A stretch of 57,867 nt of DNA from Candidatus Parcubacteria bacterium (GTDB lineage Bacteria > Patescibacteriota > Microgenomatia > Levybacterales > GWA1-39-11), in the NCBI GenBank assembly GCA_003599595.1, contig QZIP01000038.1, positions 1 to 57,867 of the forward strand, given 5' to 3'. Both the position numbers and the translations under genes were made by a program. Positions 14,328-23,189 of the stretch are shown in pieces. The notes under the pieces are model-generated. The model was given only the letters and a program-made list of their open reading frames with translations, was not told where the DNA came from and made no database searches. The stretch's first letter is position 1; the number at the start of each line of letters is the position of its first letter.

Positions 14328-15989
14328 ATGATCACCGATAATCTGCAGGATTTTATTCTTGACCATAAATATCTACTTCTAATAATACTGATTTCTTTTA
14401 TTCCTTTTATTGGTTTTCTGTTTAATCCTTTACTTTTTCATACCCACGATGGACTAGTTCATATTCCCAGAATCGCAGCCTATTTTAAAGCCTTAACAGA
14501 TGGACAATTTCCTGTGAGGTGGGCAAGCGGTCTTAATTATGGGTATGGAATGCCTTTATTTAACTTTATGTATGTGACTCCTTATTTTATTTCTTCAATG
14601 CTTGTTTTTATTGGCCTTGGTTTAGTTTCATCTTTCAAGATAACAATTTTTATAAGTTACCTTTTATCAGGCATATTTATGTTCAAATTCTCAAAAACCT
14701 TTTTTGAAGATGAGAAAAAAGCATTTCTTGTTGCAGTTTTTTATCAATTTTTCTCTTTTAGATTTGTTGATGCAATAACCCGTGCAAGCTTTGGAGAAGT
14801 ATATGCTTACACCTTTTTACCTCTTGTGCTTTATGGATTGACTCTGTTTTTTAAATCTGGCAGATATATTCACTTTCTTCTTGCATCGATTGCAACAGGC
14901 TTATTAATTATTTCCCATAATTCTATAAGTCTTGCATTCTTTGGAGTCTGTTTTTTGTTCGTTCTTTTCTTTGCCGGTAATAAAAAAAATATGGTTTTTG
15001 GTTTATCTGCTTTATTTACCGGTTTACTGCTTTCTTCATTTTATTGGGTCCCAGCAATATTAGAGCACAGATATACATATGGCGATCTATTTATGAAAGA
15101 CATATATTTATCCCATTTCCCACCTCTTCAAAATCTATTTATTCCTAACTTGTTTAATAATCAAATATTATATACAGAAGGAATTTCAGTTCAACTGGGA
15201 GTATTTCCTACAGCTGCAATTTTATTATCGGTCTTCTTGTTCTTTAGAAAAAAGAAAAAGCAATTAGGTTTTAATTCAAGACTATTTTTATTTTCTTTAA
15301 CCTTAATCATTATTAGTATCTTCTTTATGCAGCCTGTTTCAGGATTTTTTTGGCAAAATATCTCTCTTCTTAGGCAGTTTCAATTTCCCTGGAGACTTTT
15401 ATCTGTCTGTGGCTTTGCGGTATCTCTTCTTGCAGTAAATTTTTTGCTAATTCCCTTCTTTAAAAAGAAAAAAGTTTTTATTCTGCTTATTGTCTTGGTT
15501 GTTATTTCTAATTACTTTTATTGGCAGCCAAATCTTGGAGTGGATAAAATTGATGAAAAATATTACTGGAATTTTCCACTTAATACTACTTATTATGGAG
15601 AGACAGACATAATTTGGTCAGAGGGTCCTAAAAAATTATACCCAAAACAGAGAGTAGAGGTCATATCAGGTAAAGGAGAAGTGTTTGACTATGACCAGAA
15701 ATCAAATATAAAAAACTACAAAGTAGAGGCAGTCACAAATATAGTCCTGGTAGATCATACGCAATTTTTTCCCGGCTGGAAAGTTTATGTAGACAAAAAA
15801 GAAGTGCCAATCCAGTTCCAGGATCCAAATTGGAGAGGGGAAATAACCTTTTCAGTTCCCAGAGGGAATCACATTGTACAGGTAAAATTTCAAGAAACAA
15901 AAATGAGACTTATTTCAGATGGATTGAGTCTTGTCACGTTAATATTATTAATTGCCCTTTTTCCCACATTTAGAAAACATAGAATATGA
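14328..15989 (+). CDS. GT-C-like family A (PTPS-related-type membrane protein) A1
   Basis: 553 aa. THDGLVHIPRIAAYFKALTDGQFPVRW..GYGMPLFNF, IISHNSISL, FYWVPAILEHRYT, FQFPWRLLS. C-terminal FFPGWKVYVDKKEV..GNHIVQVKF plus a TM anchor. Confidence 0.6.
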   Translation: MITDNLQDFILDHKYLLLIILISFIPFIGFLFNPLLFHTHDGLVHIPRIAAYFKALTDGQFPVRWASGLNYGYGMPLFNFMYVTPYFISSMLVFIGLGLVSSFKITIFISYLLSGIFMFKFSKTFFEDEKKAFLVAVFYQFFSFRFVDAITRASFGEVYAYTFLPLVLYGLTLFFKSGRYIHFLLASIATGLLIISHNSISLAFFGVCFLFVLFFAGNKKNMVFGLSALFTGLLLSSFYWVPAILEHRYTYGDLFMKDIYLSHFPPLQNLFIPNLFNNQILYTEGISVQLGVFPTAAILLSVFLFFRKKKKQLGFNSRLFLFSLTLIIISIFFMQPVSGFFWQNISLLRQFQFPWRLLSVCGFAVSLLAVNFLLIPFFKKKKVFILLIVLVVISNYFYWQPNLGVDKIDEKYYWNFPLNTTYYGETDIIWSEGPKKLYPKQRVEVISGKGEVFDYDQKSNIKNYKVEAVTNIVLVDHTQFFPGWKVYVDKKEVPIQFQDPNWRGEITFSVPRGNHIVQVKFQETKMRLISDGLSLVTLILLIALFPTFRKHRI

Positions 15990-18364
15990 ATAATAAAATG
16001 ACAAAAAATATTTTACCTTTTTTTGTACTTTCTCTAATTTCGGTAGTTTTCTTCTATAAAATGTTTATATTTGGACAAATTCCATTTCCTGGAGATCTAT
16101 TGGTATCGGAATATTCTCCATGGAAGTTTGAATCATATCTTGGATATAACCCAGGTTCCTACCCAAGTAAAGTTCAATATTTTGATGTTTTAAGACAGAT
16201 TTATCCCTGGAAAACAATATCAATAGAAATTCTAAAAAACGGACAAATTCCCTTATGGAATCCATATAGTTTTGCAGGTGCGCCTCTTCTTGCAAATTTT
16301 CAATCAAGCGTTTTTTACCCCCTAAATATAGTATATTTTATACTTCCACAGATTTACGGTTGGAGTTTTCTTGTTTTTTTGCAGCCTTTTCTAGCAAGCA
16401 TATTTACTTATTTTTATTGCAGGAAAATTGGAATTGGAAAAACTGCCTCACTACTGTCTTCCATTGCTTTTTCTTATTCCCTTTTTACAACAGTTTTTCT
16501 TGAGTATAATATTATTATTCAAACTGTTCTTTGGCTTCCCTTGCTTCTTTATCTTATCGAAAGGTTGATAGAAAAACTTGAAATTAAAAACATTCTATTC
16601 TTTATTGCAGCCACTATGTTTTCTTTTCTTGCAGGCCACATTCAGATTTTTGGCTTCCTGGTAATATTTGTTTTTCTTTATGTTTTTTCTAGAATAGTTT
16701 GTTTCAATGCCGCAAGAAGATACAAGATCAAAACATTAAGTGTCATTTCTTTATCAATATTTTTTGCTCTTGGAATATCTTCTTTTCAGCTTCTGCCTAC
16801 TATTGAGCTGATCAATAATTCTGCAAGAGTATCTCAGTCTTACCAATTTTTAATAGAAAAACTACTTATACAGCCGGACCAGTTAATTCTCTTTTTATCT
16901 CCTGATTTTTTTGGAAACCCAGCTGCTATAAATTATTTATTATCTGATTCTTACCCGGGGAATGCCGTTTATATAGGGCTTATTCCAGTAATCTTTTCTT
17001 TCTTCTCAATGTTTTTGTTCAGGAAAAAATACTTAGTCAAATTTTTTATAACATCTACATTCATATTAGCCTTTTTTATTACAAGATCTCCTTTTACAGA
17101 ATTTTTCTATTCTTTTGAAATTCCACTATTTTCTACAGGGTCTCCTACAAATTCCATTTTTCTTCTTAGCTTTTGTTTGAGTATTCTTGCAGGTTTTGGG
17201 GTAGATCACTGGATTAGTAATAAGTCTAGAAAGCATCTTTTAATTCTTGCCGCCTTTCTTGTAATATTTATATTTGTTTGGCTGCTAAAATCTGCCTTAT
17301 ACTCTTCAGTCTCTACAAAAAACCTTCTTTATTCAAGTCTTTTGTTTTTTTCAATACTACCTCTTTTTATATTTGGTTCAAGATTCAACAAGAAAAAATT
17401 GACATCAATTTTGTTTATTGGAATTTTAATTATAGATCTATTTTATTTCTTTCAAAAATTTAATCCATTTGTTCCTAAGGATTTTGTTTTTCCTTCTCAA
17501 GAAGTTTTTGGATTTCTCAAAGACAAAGCAGAGACAAACCGTTTTTGGGCTTTTGGTCATACTGCAATACTTTCCAACACTACTGCTCAGTATTCCTTGT
17601 TCCATCCAGAAGGATACGATCCACTATATCCACGTGCCTATGGAGAATTTATCCAGAGTTCAAAAGACGGAAAAATAGTAACTAGCTTTGATAATTCAAG
17701 CCGCTCAGATGCTTTCCTTGCCCCAAGTTTTGGAGAGGAGGATTTCTCAAAAAACCAGAATAGGCTTAAGGTCTTAGATTTGTTAGCCGTTAAATATATT
17801 GTAGACAGAGCAGAAAATGGTAGCACGCAAAAAACATTTCCAGAGAATAGATTTAAAACAATTTATCAAAAAGACGGTTGGACAATACAGGAAAATCTAA
17901 AAGCGCTACCCCATATGTTTTTAGCAAATGATTATGTCATCTATAAAAACAATCAGGAATTTGAAAAAATATTTTTTTCTGAAGATTTTAACCCCCGGAA
18001 GACAGTATTGTTAAAAGAAAGTTTAATGAATTTTAATCTCACAAAAAATCAAGAAGCAAAGCTTGACCTGTTATCTTATACTCCCAACAAAATTACCTTA
18101 AATTCAGAAAGTAAAGAGAATAAAATATTGTTTGTTTCAGACACTTATTATCCGGGATGGAGGGCACTTATTGACAATGAAGAAGTAAAAATTTATAAAG
18201 CAAACCACGCTTTTAAAGCAGTAATAGTTCCTAAAGGAAAACATAGGGTTATACTTGAATACTGGCCTGGATCCTTTAATTTAGGTTATAAAATATCTAT
18301 AATAAGCTTATTGTTGCTTTTTGCACTCATTATGATTTCTAGAAAAAAGTTATATGCAAAATAA
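15986..18364 (+). CDS. GT-C family B (YfhO-like) membrane glycosyltransferase B1
   Basis: 792 aa. IYPWK..GQIPLWNPYSFAGAPLLANFQSSVFYPLN, PDFFGNP. C-terminal YYPGWRALIDNEEVKIYKAN..GKHRVILEY plus a TM anchor. ATGA overlap with A1. Confidence 0.7.
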   Translation: MNNKMTKNILPFFVLSLISVVFFYKMFIFGQIPFPGDLLVSEYSPWKFESYLGYNPGSYPSKVQYFDVLRQIYPWKTISIEILKNGQIPLWNPYSFAGAPLLANFQSSVFYPLNIVYFILPQIYGWSFLVFLQPFLASIFTYFYCRKIGIGKTASLLSSIAFSYSLFTTVFLEYNIIIQTVLWLPLLLYLIERLIEKLEIKNILFFIAATMFSFLAGHIQIFGFLVIFVFLYVFSRIVCFNAARRYKIKTLSVISLSIFFALGISSFQLLPTIELINNSARVSQSYQFLIEKLLIQPDQLILFLSPDFFGNPAAINYLLSDSYPGNAVYIGLIPVIFSFFSMFLFRKKYLVKFFITSTFILAFFITRSPFTEFFYSFEIPLFSTGSPTNSIFLLSFCLSILAGFGVDHWISNKSRKHLLILAAFLVIFIFVWLLKSALYSSVSTKNLLYSSLLFFSILPLFIFGSRFNKKKLTSILFIGILIIDLFYFFQKFNPFVPKDFVFPSQEVFGFLKDKAETNRFWAFGHTAILSNTTAQYSLFHPEGYDPLYPRAYGEFIQSSKDGKIVTSFDNSSRSDAFLAPSFGEEDFSKNQNRLKVLDLLAVKYIVDRAENGSTQKTFPENRFKTIYQKDGWTIQENLKALPHMFLANDYVIYKNNQEFEKIFFSEDFNPRKTVLLKESLMNFNLTKNQEAKLDLLSYTPNKITLNSESKENKILFVSDTYYPGWRALIDNEEVKIYKANHAFKAVIVPKGKHRVILEYWPGSFNLGYKISIISLLLLFALIMISRKKLYAK

Positions 18365-20042
18365 AGCTAGATTATTAATCTTAATTTTTATATTTTTAAT
18401 AGCCTTTATCTTGCGTTTTTACAAACTGGGTGAAGTTCCTTTTGGCTTCTATCAAGATGAATCAGCAATAGGCTACAACGCATACTCAATAATTGAAACA
18501 GGAAAAGATGAGTACGGGGAAAATTTACCCTTATACTTTAAGTCTTTTGGAGACTATAAACTTCCTGTTTATATTTACCTGGATACTATTCCAATAAAGC
18601 TTTTTGGTCTTAATGAATTTGCCGTCCGTTTTCCCTCTGCTTTTTTTGGATTCTTATCTGTTGTAGTTTTCTACTTTTTTGTTAAAGAATTCACAAGAGA
18701 TAAGAATCTTTCACTTGTTGCTGTTGGGTTATTTGCTTTAAATCCTTGGTCTTTGCACTATAATAGGGCAACGTTTGAGGTAAGTATTTCACTGTTTTTG
18801 TTTCTGCTGGGAGGGCTAATTCTTCAAAAAGCCTTCAATGGTGGATCAAAAGGAAAATTTGCATCAGGAACATTATTGTTTATAATCAGTCTTTATTCCT
18901 ATAATCTCACCAGGCTTTTATCTCCCGCTTTTTATCTCTTGCTCTTAATATTAAATATCAAAAAAATTAAAAACATCTCAAAAACTGAAATAATTATAAC
19001 ATCATTTATCTCAGTGGTAATGCTTGTTCCCTTTGTTAAGACGCTATTGGCAAGTGGAGGAATATCTTCTGCATCAGGAACATTAATTTTTTCAAGCGCT
19101 TCTGTTCTTGCCCCAATGATTGAACTTAGAAGTTATTTTGTAGATGTGCCGTTATCAAAATTTTTCTTTAATACTCCAGAGCTTATATTTATTAAATATC
19201 TGCAAAATATTATTTCCTATTTTTCTCCAGCATTTTTCTTTATATCGGGCTCATCGCACGGGAATCACGGAATCGGCAACATTGGACAGTTGTATTTGTT
19301 TGAGTTTCCTCTTGTGATTCTTGGATTAATTAAAATCGTAAAAGAAAAAAGCTCAAAATACAATTTATTCATATTTTGGGCTCTAATTGTTATTATGGCG
19401 GCAAGCTTAACCCGTGAAGCTCCACATGCAACTAGAAGCTTCTTTCTAATTTCTTCACTGGAAGTGTTTTCAGCACTAGGTGTGCTTATTTTAATAAATT
19501 GGGCTAAATCCATAAAACCATCTTTTCTAAAAATTGGGATATCCTTGATTTTTGTAGGTTTTCTTTTCTATAACTTAATATATTATTTCTATTCTTATTA
19601 TGTCCGTTTCCCAATTTATTACGCCAAAGCTTGGCGCCTGGCAGATAAAGAAGTATCTCTATACATAAAAGAAAATGAACATAAATATAGTAAAATAATT
19701 TTTGATAGCAAAGCAGGCTTTATGTATTCTTCTCTTCTTTTTTATTCCAGGTTTAATCCATCTGAGTTTCAAGGAACCGTCCAAAGGCTTCCCGATGACT
19801 CCGAAGGTTTTAGTAAGGTGCAGTCTTTTGGGAAATATGAATTTAAAGATATTGACTGGTCAAGTTATGACAAGCCTGGAGAGAAGGTACTGTATGTCAC
19901 CACGACAGAAGGAAAGCCGCTTGAAGTTCCACCTTTAAAGGCTGTTTATTATCCAAAAAAACCGGTTGTATTTTCCCTGGGACAGGAGATTATCCAGTTC
20001 CCAATAGAGGAAATTGCCTATGTACTTGTTGAAAAAAAATAA
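18354..20042 (+). CDS. GT-C family C (ArnT/PMT GT39-like) C1
   Basis: 562 aa. LRFYKLGEVPFGFYQDESAIGYNAYSI, NPWSLHYNRATFE, REAPHATRSFF. 11-nt overlap with B1. Confidence 0.75.
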   Translation: MQNKARLLILIFIFLIAFILRFYKLGEVPFGFYQDESAIGYNAYSIIETGKDEYGENLPLYFKSFGDYKLPVYIYLDTIPIKLFGLNEFAVRFPSAFFGFLSVVVFYFFVKEFTRDKNLSLVAVGLFALNPWSLHYNRATFEVSISLFLFLLGGLILQKAFNGGSKGKFASGTLLFIISLYSYNLTRLLSPAFYLLLLILNIKKIKNISKTEIIITSFISVVMLVPFVKTLLASGGISSASGTLIFSSASVLAPMIELRSYFVDVPLSKFFFNTPELIFIKYLQNIISYFSPAFFFISGSSHGNHGIGNIGQLYLFEFPLVILGLIKIVKEKSSKYNLFIFWALIVIMAASLTREAPHATRSFFLISSLEVFSALGVLILINWAKSIKPSFLKIGISLIFVGFLFYNLIYYFYSYYVRFPIYYAKAWRLADKEVSLYIKENEHKYSKIIFDSKAGFMYSSLLFYSRFNPSEFQGTVQRLPDDSEGFSKVQSFGKYEFKDIDWSSYDKPGEKVLYVTTTEGKPLEVPPLKAVYYPKKPVVFSLGQEIIQFPIEEIAYVLVEKK

Positions 20043-21594
20043 TAAATTACTGCTCAGTCTAATTCTTCTTATTTGTCTATCAATCCCAGCAATTGTCTGG
20101 CTCTTTTATCCTGGTTTTTTTCAGACTGATGATGGTGAATGGATGATTATTAGGTTCTCAGCCTTTTACGAAGCGCTTAAAGATGGTCAGTTTCCTATAA
20201 GATTTCTTGGAAGGCTAAACCATGGATATGGTTACCCTGTAGCAAACTTCCTTTATCCAGGATTTATGTATTTGGCTTCCCCAATTCATCTTATCGGAAT
20301 AAATTTTATTGACACAATCAAAATTTTATTTGCAATGTTTATGTTAAGCTCTTCAATATTTTCTTTCCTCTGGCTTAGAAAAATTTTTAACAACTTGCCT
20401 GCCTTTATCGGAGCCCTATTTTATCTTTATGCACCTTACCACTTGTTTGATCTGTATAGCCGTGGTTCGATAGGAGAAGTTATGGCTCTTGCTGTTGTCC
20501 CTTTCATTTTATGGATGATAGAAAGAAAAAATATTTTATTTTTAACTCTTGGAGTATCACTTCTTATTATTTCTCATAACACGCTTGCAATGCTGTTTTT
20601 GCCAATTATCGTGCTCTATATAATCTTTTTTCATATGAAATCATTAAAGTTTAATAGTTCACTAATATACCAATATGCTAGTATATTGGTATTGGCTTTA
20701 GGTTTGTCCGCCTTTTATTGGATTCCTGCAGTTATAGAGCTTTCCTATACAAACTTTTCAAACACACAAGTATCAAGTGTTAAAGAATACTTTGTTAACT
20801 TTAATTTAGTAAGTTATTCCAGTGTGGCTGTTTTATTGATGTCATCAATAATCTTATTGAAGGATTGGGATAAGGTTTCAAAAAGAAGCGTCCGTTGGAT
20901 TACTCTCTTTTTTATTATTATTTCATCATTGTCAATAATTTTAAGTTTGGAAATTAGTCTTCCGGTGTGGAATATTATCCCATCCTCTTTTATTCAGTTT
21001 CCATTTAGGTTACTGTCTTATCTAATTCTAGGAATAAGTTTTTTAGCTGCATACGTGGTCTCATCACTCAGGGGGAGATATAGATATTTAGCTGTTATTC
21101 TTTTGTTGGTTTTATTATCATTATCTTCATATAAATATATTAAGCCTTCTAATTTTTTAAGCAATATTGATAGTTTTTATTCAACAAACGAAGCAACAAC
21201 AACAGTAAAAGATGAATATATGCCAGTTTGGGTGAAAACAAAACCGATTGAGCGGTATAAAAACAAAGTGGAAATAATTCAGGGAAGAGGTGAAATAAAT
21301 AATCTTTACTATAACAACTCCAAAAAAGTTATATTTGATTACAGCTCGGACACAGATTCCAAGGTAAGAATTAACACAATTTATTATCCAGGCTGGAAAA
21401 TATATGTGGATGGTGTAGAGGGTAGCATAGATTATTCAAATGAAAAAGGGTTAATTGAAACAAATGTAGGAAAAGGTAATCACAAAATCGAATTAATTTT
21501 CTCAGAAACCCCAATAAGAATTTTTGCAGATCTACTGTCTATAATCTCTGTCTTCGCAATTCTGATATTCGCTAAGTACTCAAAAAACAATTGA
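20020..21594 (+). CDS. GT-C-like family A, A2
   Basis: FFQTDDGEWMIIRFSAFYEALKDGQFPIRF..GYGYPVANF, IISHNTLAM, FYWIPAVIELSYT, IQFPFRLLS, YYPGWKIYVDGVEG..GNHKIELIF. ATG at 20020 preferred over the TTG at 20014. Overlaps the C1 end. Confidence 0.6.
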   Translation: MYLLKKNNKLLLSLILLICLSIPAIVWLFYPGFFQTDDGEWMIIRFSAFYEALKDGQFPIRFLGRLNHGYGYPVANFLYPGFMYLASPIHLIGINFIDTIKILFAMFMLSSSIFSFLWLRKIFNNLPAFIGALFYLYAPYHLFDLYSRGSIGEVMALAVVPFILWMIERKNILFLTLGVSLLIISHNTLAMLFLPIIVLYIIFFHMKSLKFNSSLIYQYASILVLALGLSAFYWIPAVIELSYTNFSNTQVSSVKEYFVNFNLVSYSSVAVLLMSSIILLKDWDKVSKRSVRWITLFFIIISSLSIILSLEISLPVWNIIPSSFIQFPFRLLSYLILGISFLAAYVVSSLRGRYRYLAVILLLVLLSLSSYKYIKPSNFLSNIDSFYSTNEATTTVKDEYMPVWVKTKPIERYKNKVEIIQGRGEINNLYYNNSKKVIFDYSSDTDSKVRINTIYYPGWKIYVDGVEGSIDYSNEKGLIETNVGKGNHKIELIFSETPIRIFADLLSIISVFAILIFAKYSKNN

Positions 21595-21646
21595 TTCCCC
21601 CCTTCTCAATCCCGGATGTGTCCATCTATTCCAAACTTCTTGTGTA

Positions 21647-22945
21647 TTAAACCGCGTAGGATTTAAGCATAGCTGTGTGTCCTGTAGCAAAATTATCTAC
21701 TTTTTTCCGAATCCAATCCCATTGTGGATTTATTTTTCTAATGAGACGGACTGATTCTAAAGGATAAACTTGAACATTGTCTATATTTAATTTTTGCAGC
21801 CAGGACCTTATAAAAGGTACTTGTTCAATAGTAGCGTAAGCTGCACCTAATTGAGAGTGTAAATCAATCTCATGACCAACTCTCCGTGATGCATGAAAGT
21901 CCTCTGCTCTAATAGTGGGTAAATCCTTAAGCCCAAAAACAATTGGAAAAGGTGGGTCATCTGTTTCGGGAGGATGAACTTCTAACTCTGCTAACTCTTC
22001 TTCTAAGAATGCTATCTTGGCAAGCGTTAAATCTAAACCAATTTTTATATCGTCATAATGGTCTTCATAAATTTCAGCTTTATTTAATTTTTCTCGTAAA
22101 TAGTTTGCGCTTGTTTTTAATCTCTCAATCTCAATTCTTTCTTTTGCTGGGTCTCGATGGTAAGCATCACAACATAAGGAAGAATACGCATCTCCCATTT
22201 CAAACCATCTTGAAACAGAAATCCCGTCTTTGGAGGATTCCAAGTTTGCACCACCCTTAAATCCCTCCCCAGTTCTTCTAACAATTCCTAACTCTTTTAA
22301 TTTTACTAATGAGCATATTTTCCCTCTAGCTTGCCCAATTCCAGGAAGAGCAGCAGATGAAGTTCCTTGATAATCTTCTGATAAAAAATCATAGCTAGGT
22401 AAGCGAAGCAATTCACGGGCATGTCTAACAATATTTAAATCCTTGCTATTTCCAGCTTGATGTGTATCTTTTTCTGCCCTTTGTAGTATTACATCGCAGA
22501 CAACTTTCTGTAGATCAATATTTTCCTCCCAAGCTCTTTCCCAAAGAGGTATCGATCTCCAACTTTTAGGCATTGGAAAGTTTTCAAATCCAGGAGAGGG
22601 TTTATCCCATTCAGGAGGATTAGGAACAACTTTATCCATAAACCTCCGAGTAATAACTGATAGGTCATCTCTACTTATATCAACATTATCAAGGAATATT
22701 TCTGATAGCATTTTTAATGCATGCACAGTCTCGATACCCCTGAAATCATCTATATCAACTTTTGTTGCCTCATTACTAGAGGCAGTCAAGAAGAGACTAT
22801 TTAATAAGTCAATTTGATAATAGTTTGGATCTTCTCCAAGTTTAAAATCCAAAGGAGGTAAATTTTCTTCGCTTTCAGCTTGTTTATGACACTCATTTTG
22901 AATTACAGGTCTCTGTTTCCTCTGATCATCAACATGCTCTTCCAT
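21647..22945 (-). CDS. Hypothetical soluble acidic protein, the only non-membrane, non-GT gene in this stretch of the array
   Basis: 432 aa, no TM segments, no recognised motif. Preceded on its own strand by TGATATAGT 6 nt upstream of the ATG. Confidence 0.6.
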   Translation of the reverse strand: MEEHVDDQRKQRPVIQNECHKQAESEENLPPLDFKLGEDPNYYQIDLLNSLFLTASSNEATKVDIDDFRGIETVHALKMLSEIFLDNVDISRDDLSVITRRFMDKVVPNPPEWDKPSPGFENFPMPKSWRSIPLWERAWEENIDLQKVVCDVILQRAEKDTHQAGNSKDLNIVRHARELLRLPSYDFLSEDYQGTSSAALPGIGQARGKICSLVKLKELGIVRRTGEGFKGGANLESSKDGISVSRWFEMGDAYSSLCCDAYHRDPAKERIEIERLKTSANYLREKLNKAEIYEDHYDDIKIGLDLTLAKIAFLEEELAELEVHPPETDDPPFPIVFGLKDLPTIRAEDFHASRRVGHEIDLHSQLGAAYATIEQVPFIRSWLQKLNIDNVQVYPLESVRLIRKINPQWDWIRKKVDNFATGHTAMLKSYAV

Positions 22946-22951
22946 ATACTT

Positions 22952-22960
22952 ACTATATCA
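22952..22960 (-). promoter_or_regulatory. Extended -10 box TGATATAGT, 6 nt upstream of the ATG at 22945
   Basis: Plus-strand ACTATATCA at 22952-22960. No SD. Confidence 0.4.
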
Positions 22961-23020
22961 TAACTGCTAGAAGGTTGTTAAATCTGCCTCGAAAATCAAA
23001 AGAATTAAACTTCTTTTACA

Positions 23021-23051
23021 AAGGTTACATCTTAAGAGAAGGTGTAGCCTT
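23021..23051. repeat. GGTTACACC-family hairpin, degenerate copy
   Basis: AAGGTTACATCTT, loop AAGAG, AAGGTGTAGCCTT. The two mismatches would be G-U pairs in RNA. Confidence 0.5.
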
Positions 23052-23074
23052 AACTGGAGAACTACATCGAGCAC

Positions 23075-23120
23075 ATCGAGGTCTCACCTCTATTTGTGCC
23101 TATCGAGGTGAGACCTCGAT
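23075..23120. promoter_or_regulatory. Perfect 16-bp inverted repeat in a divergent intergenic region (operator or REP candidate)
   Basis: ATCGAGGTCTCACCTC (23075-23090), 14-nt spacer, GAGGTGAGACCTCGAT (23105-23120). Confidence 0.5.
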
Positions 23121-23170
23121 ATCTACTCTCGATATCTATCCATGAGGTTATTTTGTTATTAGCTTTTAAT

Positions 23171-23179
23171 TAGTATAAT
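23171..23179 (+). promoter_or_regulatory. TAGTATAAT -10 box, 10 nt upstream of the ATG at 23190
   Basis: The nonamer is identical to the one at 12782-12790. No SD. Confidence 0.45.
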
Positions 23180-23189
23180 ATGAGTCAGT

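Noticed and set aside
15986-15989. Alternative genetic code (UGA recoding, as in some CPR lineages)
   Set aside because: TGA works as a stop at several precisely coupled ATGA junctions (15986, 27187, 39194, 47332, 48999), and the long ORFs are uninterrupted under the standard code.
21647-22945. The orphan 432-aa gene as a transposase, integrase or defence nuclease
   Set aside because: No DDE, tyrosine/serine recombinase, HEPN (Rx4-6H), Walker or nuclease motif could be recognised by eye. It is kept as hypothetical.
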